From Octopus vulgaris (lineage: Eukaryota), in contig OX597817.1 in the NCBI GenBank assembly GCA_951406725.2, forward strand, positions 118,482,001 to 118,546,000: DNA of 64,000 nt, in the 5' to 3' direction. The position numbers and the translations under genes were made by a program. The notes under the pieces are model-generated. The model had not been told where the DNA came from. It worked only from the letters and a program-made list of their open reading frames with translations, and searched no databases. Positions 53,685 through 64,000 of this stretch are shown piece after piece. Every line of letters begins with the position of its first letter. Position 1 is the first letter of the stretch.

Positions 53685-55285
53685 TTTACTCACTGAGAAA
53701 TCTAATAATTTGTTGTAGGAGTAACGATATATGTAGGATATAAGTTAAATAAACGAAGTGGCTGTGGTCTTTGTAAGATGTAAGAAGCCGATGGCAAGCA
53801 ATTTATTTTTGTAAAGTGTAGTATTAAAAATCAACTTCTGATTTAACCCATGTACCTTAGTATAGATAACTATCATTGCCGCCTACAATAAAACCAGCAA
53901 CAAACAATATCCGCCACAAATATCATGTAGATTTAAAACGGCCGCCACCACCATCTTTTATCGTTATAACCGCTAATTTTCTATTTTATTCAGTGTCTTT
54001 CCGTTTAAATACCTCATTTGAATCACCTCGCTTTACGTCAGGCAAAATATAGGCAGATAAGACTGTACAATAATAGCATACAGAGACGCAGATGTCTTTT
54101 TCCGTTAGCTAACATTTTTTTTTAACATTTCTTTTTTTTTCTTTCGTTTTCCAGTTCCCCTACCTAACTGAAAATTCCATAAATCTCCCACCTTAAAGGA
54201 GTTTTCCCAAGAATTTATTGATTGTTATTGTATCTAAAACATTTTTTTCATGTTATACTTCAATACTTTCCAATATGTTATCGGTTTCTAAATCGCCGTA
54301 TGCAACATTCAAAACGGTAACGCGCATACTAATGCTTATTACGTTCAAGCAGATTTGAAAGTGCATATGCTAATAGCTGTTGTGCCCGTCATACGAAAAC
54401 AGCTTCGTCTTTACGAATAGTATGAGTTCTGTGTATAAGAGTTATACAAACGATATTATAGATTTAGGAAATCAAACGAGCTGCGTCTTTACTTTTACTT
54501 CAATGTACTTCCTGAAAACTCTTCTAATACTACATCATAGTCGCTACACTACATGAAAAAAAGGTCGATATCACCCTCAGAGGGAAATGTTTGGTGCTTA
54601 CTATGTTGTAACAAGGGGTTTGTTCTGGGTCAACCTTTGCACTAGTTTAGAAATTGATTCATGACTTCGTTTCTTCTAGAAAGGAAATTATGTATTTGAT
54701 TTTGAGTTCTGAAATAATATAGTACACAAACCTTCAGAAATGTATCTCCAACATTTTTTTCATAACACGTCATCTTAAACTCGAGGCCCATTTTCACTTT
54801 TCGTATACAGAAGATTCCCATCAGAAATAAACATAGCAGTATTCAGCTGAACAATACGAGTTAATAAGCTTCTTAGTTCTACCAGACATTGTTAAATAGT
54901 TTGCACGGAGTATACAAATTTATGAATGGCGTTCCATCTTAAAAGAATTCTAGAAGTAGATCCAGTTCCAGGTATTTACAGACGAGCAGAACTATAACTT
55001 GCAATTGTATTAAATGAAAATAGTCTTACGATTTAGGTGAAAGAATTCAGTAAGTTTTGTTACTATGCTTAGCTCTTTGGATTGACGCTGATTCTAAAAT
55101 TGAAAACTGATCAATAGATGACATCGGAACGAAATTTATAACAAACTTTGCTACAATACAGTGGATACAGATGAGAACGAAATGTTTCAGATGTATTCTT
55201 CGTATGTCTTATTCCACGATTCTATTGATCTACCATTGTTATTTTATTATTATTATTATCATTATTAGCTTTTCGTATTATCAAA

Positions 55286-55672
55286 TAGCTGGCAGAACTG
55301 TTAGCTTGCTGGACAAAATGCTTAGTGGCATTTCGTCTGTCTTTATCTTCTGAGCTCAAATCCCGCCGGGGTCGGTTTTGTCTTTTATCCTTTCGGGGTA
55401 GATGTAATCCCATCTCCACCAGACTTTCAACTTTTGTGCCTATAGTAAATATGATTGTAACGCATAAGGGTCATGCACTGGCTGAATCGTTAGAACGCTT
55501 TCTCCGACGATTTAAGTTTCGAGTTCAAGTGTCACTGTCGTCGACTCAACCTTTTATCTCTCTGGGTCGACAAAATAAAGTAACGTTCAAACACAGGAAC
55601 TGATTTGATTTATTAACGTACCCATCCACCAGTCCAGAATTTCTAACTTTGTGTTTATATTACAAAGAATTA
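55286..55672 (+). mobile_element. Two tandem decayed family B SINE copies
   Basis: agctggcagaactgttagc..gagctcaaatcccgccgg..ttttatcctttcgggg; second copy ctggctgaatcgttagaacg..gagttcaag..gggtcgacaaaataaagt. Confidence 0.65.
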
Positions 55673-56189
55673 TGACGTACAAATAATGGAATAGATAGAA
55701 CGTTTAACAAAATCTTGGTAGTTACGCCTCTTTCCATTGCAAATGCAAATCCCACTGGGCAGAAAAATACGTAGCAATTAGGAACTAGAATGATTAAATC
55801 GACTTCAGTATTTTACTGCCTTTTCCTATATAGTTATTTACTAGTATGTTCTTAATCACTGTGTTTTATAAAGATATTTACTCTCATGTAAACAAATGAG
55901 AAATTATCTCTTGAAACATCGAAATGTAATTTCGTCAAACATTATTTTAAATAAGTAGTATGTAATCCATGTATAAAATGAATTGTTCTAACTCAATCAT
56001 TTGTTTTAACCAACTTTATAACATGTTTCCAGTCAATTTTATAGGGTTTCTCTATGCTCTGAGTTCAAATCCACCGCAGTTGGTTTTGCCTTTAAATTTT
56101 CGAAGGCCGATAAATACAGCAAGAGTCAGGTACTGGATCGATTCTTCCTTCCTTCAATCGGCTACGTGAAGTAGCCAGCAAAGAATTGA

Positions 56190-56220
<31 letters not shown>

Positions 56221-56790
56221 GAAGGAAGAAAAAAGAAAGAAACAAACAAACAAGCAAACAAACAAAAAGAAACAATGTGGATCCAATTATTGTACTATTA
56301 CAAATAATTGTCTCACGAATTTCAATAAACATGTAATTCTTAAATCTAATATCAATTCTAATGAAATTCTAGGCATAGATCTAACGCGCAAACCATTTAA
56401 ACTTAGATTCCATCGACGTTCTTATATTCTTGAATGCATTCAGAATAAGCATGATCATGTTATTGACATTGCATATGTGGGACATCATAATTCTGTCATA
56501 ATATTTCATAAAATGATTATAATTACTGACACATAAATTTCTGAATAAGCACTCGGAGAATAATTTTGCATTCTAAGAAAATATATTTTAAAGCGCTATA
56601 AAGCTTCCATTATCTTTACATAGATCTATATTACATTTAACAATTTAACCATATCAATTACCACTACTGAAAGACGAGATGACAGCACCTGAGCAACTTT
56701 TCCTTATTCCAAATTTTACATGAGTTCTTAGATAATTCATTACTCGCGCCTTTAATGTACAACACCCAAGACCTATTTATTATTATTATT

Positions 56791-58020
56791 TAGTGAGAAG
56801 GCAATTTATGCCATCAAAGTTATACTGGGATACAAATACGCAAACCTCAATATATTCATCATGATTAGCTGTGTTATAAGGGTACACCAGGCACATGCAT
56901 CAAAACCATGTGTGTACGATACTGTGATTTATATCAAAGTAAATAGCACATGAAAATTTGGTCTGGTCAAGTAGCAGAAACAGCTGAAGAGGTCCTTTAA
57001 TAAGTTTGGTTTTAGAATGCTGAATTGTTTCACAATTGCTAGTAAGCCTTGTAGTTGTTGGTCATTTTTGCAAAGTGCTTTGAATCATCCATATAAAAGA
57101 GATGATTTATATTTTTATAAAACAGTTTATAGCCATATTGTACATCATCGAGCAATTTCGTGAGAGGCATTAAGGCTAGAAAAAAGAGAAGTGGTGGTGG
57201 AGAATCATCCTGAAAAATATGACACATGAAATTCTTATATCTCTCGCATTGTGAGATTCATTGTTACTGAGAGGAAGTTTCGCAAAGTAGGTGCTATTTT
57301 ATAAATTTCCTGACATTTCTTAATCCAGCCATGCGATAGACTATCGAAAGCTATTTTATAGTCTATCCAGGCTATCGGCAAGTTCGTGACTATCTTCCAA
57401 GATCATTTTATTGATGAGTAGCTGATCTTTACAACTATAGGACCCACGTTTACATCCTTTTTGCTCATTAGGAAATATGCCACTTTCTATTTAAAAAACT
57501 ATAGGGATTTTCAGTCAAGACAGATATTAGTATTTTATACATTGTTGTTAAGCAGGTTATGGGTCTATAATTTTTGGTTCATTTGTTTCTCCATTTTTGG
57601 AAGTAAAAATGTAGCCGTTAACTAACCAAGTGGGAATCGTAATTGGTTGTTGCAAAACAATGTTGAAAAGTTTTGTTAGCAGTTCATGACTCTCTGGGAA
57701 GGCATGCAATCAGAAGTTAAGAATGTTATCCTTTCCTGGAGACTTCCATTTTCTTGACTTTCTGAGAGCAGATCTTACATCCTCTACCTTGATACCCTCC
57801 AACTTCTGCTCTTGTAAAGAGTCTAAGTAGAGATTCTATCAATCCAATGGGCCTTTTTATTGCTTGTTTTTTTTTCTTCTGCCTACATTTTTTTACCAAA
57901 ATTCCTTTACTTCTTTTGAGGGGACAGACATTACTGTAACTGGTATTTGCCCTATCTTCCTGTAAAACGTTTGGGGATTATTTTTGAACATGTTGTTGTC
58001 TTTGAAGAATTTAATGCGCC
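56791..58020 (-). mobile_element. Decayed, internally deleted R4/Dong-like LINE
   Basis: Minus strand [71 protein letters not shown], then directly a 3' end homologous to 5633-5880; adjacent (TTA)n. Confidence 0.82.
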
Positions 58021-58256
58021 TATATATATATATATTTAGAAAAATAGATAGATAGATAGATAAATAGATACATACAAATACGCATACATAAATAATGCAT
58101 GCATGTATACATACATACATATACATATATGGATGTGTTTATATATATATATATTATATATATGCATGTACGTAATGTATATCTCGTATTATATGCATGC
58201 CTTGTTTCATGATTTTGAAAGCAATATATATATGTGTGTGTGTGCGTTTGCGTATG

Positions 58257-58297
<41 letters not shown>

Positions 58298-58310
58298 ACA
58301 CATATACATC

Positions 58311-58342
<32 letters not shown>

Positions 58343-59640
58343 ATAAATATCTATATATAACCATGTATATATACATACACACACATACATATACGCGTGT
58401 GTGTGTGTGTATGTGTGTCTTTATGTATAAATGCTTGTACGTAAAGTATATCTCGTAATGTATTTATGCCCTGTTTTATGATTTTGGTAACCATTAGTGA
58501 TGTTTCCTAGAGCACAGTAACGTGTATAGAAATATTTTATACGAGCTCGGCATCTGGCTTTCTTTATGCACCATATCTTTTTGAAAACCTTTATTTTCAG
58601 ATAGATATGTTTATTTAGCTCACTTGTTCATGTCTGGGAATAACACATCAATTATTATGCAAACAATAATACTTTAAACATTCAAGTGTCAAGCCGTTCC
58701 CCAAATAATGTTTTGTCGTTGCGTATTTCCAATTAAAGAAAAAGACACTTTATTGTTTCATACTTTTAATGCTTTATAAGGTGATAACAGCTTGGAAAGG
58801 TTTTTACCTTGTAATTAAGTCCTCCATATTGCTGGAAAACATATATTTTCTGTTTTGTTTAGCGATCTCTCAGATTATACACGAGGTTGGCTTCTCTTCT
58901 TCCATGATAAGAATTTACTGCCCATGTGTTGTTTTCTATTATGTTATTAAAATTGTTCGAATTTCTACGAAATATAAATGATCAATTAAAGCGGCAAAGG
59001 ATATGTAGAATATTTTACTCTCAAAATAATGAGGAATCAGCACAATGAATATGTCTCTATTACCGTCAGACAAAACATTTTGACTATTTTTACATTTGAG
59101 CGATAACTATTTGCAATTAATTAGTCTGGGGTAATGTCTGCAAAAATGTATATCAGATTAGAGTCACCATACTTAATGTAAAGGAAACATGTAATTAAGT
59201 TATAATACCTATGCGTTGAGGAGAAGATATTAGCTCTTTAACTAACGTTAAATCAATTTGACCTTGGCAACTGCAGTTGATAGCTTAAAATATGTTTTGA
59301 AATTGTTTGGCAAGAGCCTTTTCGGTAAAAGAATATTTTAAAATCTGTACATCTTAGAAGAATAGAATGGAGTAAGTGGAACAAGAAAACACACGGAAAC
59401 AAAAACTGTCGCTGAAGAAGTCAGAGATGTGTGGCGAAAGATTTCTACAGTAAAATGTGTTTAATGGGAAAAATATTAAACAAAAATATCAATGCATACG
59501 ACGATGCGAGAGTGGAAATGGAGGGTAGTTTGGGATGTGCAAGAACCAACAGTCAAATCTCCCTTGAATCTTATACCTTTGCCTCTGGAAATATTTACAT
59601 TTTTTTCCACCGAAAATGCTCCTCTCATGGTTTATATTTC

Positions 59641-59972
59641 TTTCAATAATTTATCGTAGTTGTTTGCAAATAACGAATTAAAACTTGAAATGAACATATT
59701 AAAATAGAAACTGAGAGATTTCGCAAATGAAAACGAAAAATTTTGCCGTTGCTACGTCATTACCAGGAGTGGACTTTGAAAACCTTTTTAAAGAAGTGAA
59801 TCATATATATGAAGTAATATTTTTTTTTTTTACTAAAAAATAAACTGAAGACCCTATTATGTATCCGACGTCAAATATTTCATGCATTTTAAGTATGGAA
59901 GCAATTCGCGCAGTCGTTTTCGCGTGAAAGGCAAACACACACACACTTAGGTCTATTTTATATAGGAAGATT
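59641..59972 (+). mobile_element. Helitron-like non-autonomous repeat, copy 1
   Basis: Diverged direct repeat of 62001-62313; ends ..cacacac..ggtctattttatatag.aag. Confidence 0.6.
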
Positions 59973-60064
59973 ATAGTTGCATGAAGAAATAAGAGATATT
60001 GCGTCCCTACAAGTCATTAATATTTACATATCAGCTTCCAGAAATGTGTTTAATATTTAAAATT

Positions 60065-60958
60065 GGTATTCCGCTGAGGTCGACTTTGCCTTTCATACTT
60101 TCGGGTCGATAAATTAAAAACCAGTGGCGTACTGGGGTCGATCTAATTGAATGGCACCCTCCCCAAAAATTTCGGGCCTTTTGCCTGGAGTAGAAAAGAA
60201 TATTTAAAATTAGTATGTCCAATAACGTTAAACCTCTGTATTTAGTGGCTATTTAAGCAATGTGTTCATAGATGATTAAGGAGTTAGATGGGTACCTATG
60301 AGGGAGTAGAACCCCCAAAATATGGTATATACACGCCCATTACCCTTTTTTCATCTACGATCTGTTTGCTTCTGACGCTTCGGATACGTCGTAACAAAAT
60401 CCGTGCTGGCTATAATTTCTATAATATATCTGTAGAGATAACCTTCACAACAAGTGATGTAAAGTGCACTGCTAACTCAGTAGAACGCAGCATTGACTTA
60501 TAAAAACTATTGATATACTGTATAGCATGTTATGGTTGCATAACAAAATACTGCATCCCTGCAAGTCATTAACATTAAAAGTAACCAAAGTGGTGAGCTG
60601 GCAGAAACGTTAGCACGCAAGGCGAAATACTTAGCGGTATTTCGTATGTCTTTAGGTTCTGAGTTCAAATTCCTCCGAGGTCGGCTTTGGCTTTCATCCT
60701 TTCGGGGTCGATTAAAGAAGTACCGGTTACGCACTGGGGTAGATATAATCGTCTTAATCCGTTTGTCTGTCCATGTTTTTACCTTCTGTGTTTAGCTCCT
60801 TATGGGTAGTAAAGAAATAGGTACTTCGTCTGTCTTTACGTTCTGAGTTCCAATTCCTCCGAAATCGACTTTGTATTTCATTCTTTCGGAGTCGATTTAA
60901 TCGGCTGGCCCCCTCCTCCAAAATCTCTGGCCTTGTGCCTAGAGTAAAAAAGAATATT
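60065..60958 (+). mobile_element. Three family B SINE copies
   Basis: 60065-60203, 60588-60820 (near full length) and 60825-60958 carry the family B central motif. Confidence 0.8.
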
Positions 60959-61234
60959 AAATGTAACCGATAAACGCGCGTAGCTGACAAATTCAAAGGT
61001 TAAACTAAAACTATTATTAATCATTAATCTGCTATATTCTTGTTCTCGTCACATCATAAATATGACTTATTTAGATGTTTAACCTCCACTACATTGAATT
61101 CTATAGTGTTAACTAATACAGTATTGTTCGACGAAATAGTTGACAATTTTATATTAGAAAAAACAGTTTTTTCGTTGGAAGTAACCACTGAAGCAAGGCA
61201 CGAAGTATGTAACAGCGCAATGATAGCTCTATAT

Positions 61235-61365
61235 CACCCTTTTTTTTTCGTTGCCTTACCTTGGAGAGACGCAACGTTGTTACAAATTTTTACCTGTGCC
61301 ACAAGGAGCATCAAGAAAGAAAATTCCTCTGCTTTTTTCTAACGATTATGGAACACTGTACGCAG
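61235..61365 (-). pseudogene. Helitron PIF1-type helicase fragment (Walker A region)
   Basis: Minus strand GIFFLDAPCGTGK, then after a 1-bp shift FVTTLRLSKVRQ, matching Helitron 'FFLDAPGGTGKTF..LLLAKIR'. Confidence 0.7.
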
Positions 61366-61844
61366 GCACACAAATACAGATACATATACATACAGCATCA
61401 AATATCAGATGAAATGGAGGTGTATGTGTGAGAGAGAGAGAGAGAGAGAGAAAGTGCCACTTAGACATTACTCTCTCTCTCTCTCTCACGCACACATACA
61501 TACAAAAAGATGTGTGCATATGTATTTATGTATGCACGCATACATGACAACACACTCCTTCACTCACTCTCTCTCCCTTTCTTTCTCTCTTTCTCTCTCT
61601 CTCTCTTACACACACACGCACACATATGTGTATACAAACATACATACAAAAGCACATGTATGCGTGTGTATCTAACTACAAATACATAGAGCCAAACACC
61701 GCACGCAAAAAGTAAATATAAAAATATTACGAAAATTAACGAAGTGTGCGAGTACAAGCGAGAGATTGCCCTTATTATTTGGAACCCCCATGTTGAATAG
61801 CAAAATTTTAATGCGATATTTGCGTAATAACGAAATCAAACCTA

Positions 61845-61875
<31 letters not shown>

Positions 61876-62000
61876 GGGGCGAGAAAACATTGAAAACAAT
61901 GAATGAGGTAAACATGAAATGAAAAAAATTGTATAAATAAAAGCACGTTGAAAATTATCTTGCAACGAATATTTAAATTTGTGAACTCAGTAAATATGTC

Positions 62001-62313
62001 TTTCAGTAATTTATCATAGTTGTTTACAAATAGCGAATTAAAACTTGAAATGAAAACATTAAAACAGAGTGAGAAACTTCACCGTTTTTACGTCAATACC
62101 GGACGTTGACATTTAGAAACCCTTTTACAGACGTGGATCATAAATATAAATCAATATTATTTATTTTTAGTAACAAAAATAAAACGATGACCCTATTGGG
62201 TATCCGAGATCGAATTATTCATGCATCTCAAACATGGAAGCAATTCGTGTAGGTGTATTCCCGTTAAAAGCCCCCAAAAAACACACACAGAGGTCTATTT
62301 TATATAGTAAGGG
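62001..62313 (+). mobile_element. Helitron-like non-autonomous repeat, copy 2
   Basis: Shares aatttatc.tagttgttt.caaata.cgaattaaaacttgaaatgaa, gaccctatt..gtatccga, atggaagcaattcg, ggtctattttatatag with 59641-59972. Confidence 0.6.
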
Positions 62314-62988
62314 TTATATATATATATATATATAGCTGAAGCGACTCCAGGCCTTTATTGTCACTCGGGCACATCACGGATTTCGCATAAGACACATTCC
62401 TGCTCGAAGAATTTCACCTTTTTCCACAATATTTCTCGCCCCAGACTGTCGCCTGTAATTTTGACAAGAGATACCAGTTATTTTTTTTACACCTACCAGG
62501 CTCATTCGCATTAGCCAGTGCTTCTCGATAATTTTTCGTTCCTTAAGAATATTGTAAAACGGAAACTGTTCATAGATTGCAATTTAAATCCTAATCTCTA
62601 TAGAAATTTATTGTTTCAAGAACTTACTGGATTTGAATTAGTTTTAATATTTACGATTATAGATAACATCACGGGCTGTAACTCCTGAGCCAGAGTGAGG
62701 TACGTGTGAATGATGTCGCGAGAACGCCTGCTACGAATGATATATTTCGACACAGGACACATGTAAGATGACCGCCAGATGCTGAAGAAAAATTAATGAA
62801 GTGAAAACAAGGTCAATAAAAGGAGCCAGAGTTATTGGCTGAAATTACATATTTGAAGTCAGTGTTTGCAGAATTTAAATCAGTTAGCAAATACATGTTC
62901 ACTCATTAGATTTATACTCAGGCTAAGCCCAAGCTGTCCGAGTGCCAGAGGCGCCACTGATATATATATATATATATATATATTAATG

Positions 62989-63056
<68 letters not shown>

Positions 63057-63149
63057 AACAAAAGTACATGTACAAACACACATATATGTATAAGTTGCGA
63101 CGTATATAAATATGTATATACATATATATACTTGTGTGTGTGTGTCATG

Positions 63150-63200
<51 letters not shown>

Positions 63201-63203
63201 GTA

Positions 63204-63262
<59 letters not shown>

Positions 63263-64000
63263 ATATATATATACATATATATATATAGGTATATTATTCT
63301 GGACATTGACAATATATGAGAGCCTATAATTTTGAACACCGCTTAAAATGAATAAGAATAGATTTCGTGATGACCAGAAGTCAAAACAATTGTAAGCTCA
63401 TCATTTTGAGATCTTCGTTCAATGATAAAATAAATTAAATGTGAGCAAAACCAGACAGAAAGCAATAATGTTTCGTAGAAACCATAAATAAATTGGCAAG
63501 TAAAATATTAACTCCAGTACATGTTCGTAAGATGATTGACTTCGTGTGTGCTTGTGTTGGGCATGTGTGTTTCTGTTGTGTGTGTGTGTTCCTGTTGTGC
63601 GTGTGTGTTTCTGTCGTGTGTGTGTGCGCGCGCGCGTGCAAATGTGTGTGTTTGCATGCGTGTGTTTTTTATGTGTGTGTGTGTTCATATTTATATTTAT
63701 AGATACACCTGCGTGAACTTGTGTGTAAATTTATATATTTCAGACTTAATTTTAATCATTCGTGATGGAAACACAGTTAACATCTATTATTATCTCAAAG
63801 TGAAACTTACGATGTGGATAACATCTAGATGTATCTATCACTTCAAGAAATGATATACCAAAAGAAATGCCGGCGGTTTATAAACTGTCAATGAAATTGT
63901 ATTCTCAGACGTTAGCACTAAACTCATGAGATAGCTTCATACCGACATAAGAAACTGACATGGAGATACGCAAAGATGTACGTTACGTTACTGTTTATAA

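Noticed and set aside
58140-58495. Two ~60-bp direct repeats
   Set aside because: Diverged local duplication around microsatellites; no array structure

Overview
AT-rich, microsatellite-dense eukaryotic DNA. The SINE, LINE and microsatellite make-up suggests an Octopus-type (coleoid cephalopod) genome; this is inference, not a database result. No host exon could be supported, and nearly all listed ORFs are translated microsatellites. The window is mostly decayed transposons: one near-open R4/Dong-type (RT + restriction-like endonuclease) LINE nested in (TAA)n between two copies of a ~550-bp non-autonomous unit, three older R4/Dong-like fragments, a Tx1/L1-type LINE, CR1-type 3' ends, one Tc1 and several mariner copies, piggyBac and Helitron remnants, and many tRNA-derived SINEs. 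The most notable signal is at the RNA level: about ten type I hammerhead ribozyme (HHR) motifs, read and folded by eye. One is fully canonical (26278-26346, minus). One pair forms a near-perfect palindrome with an HHR on each strand (51506-51626). One lies in a structured retrozyme-like unit with an anti-core hairpin (50230-50478). Several sit inside inverted-repeat (foldback) elements or at the 3' ends of Penelope-like remnants. All folds, alignments and identities are manual and need computational confirmation.
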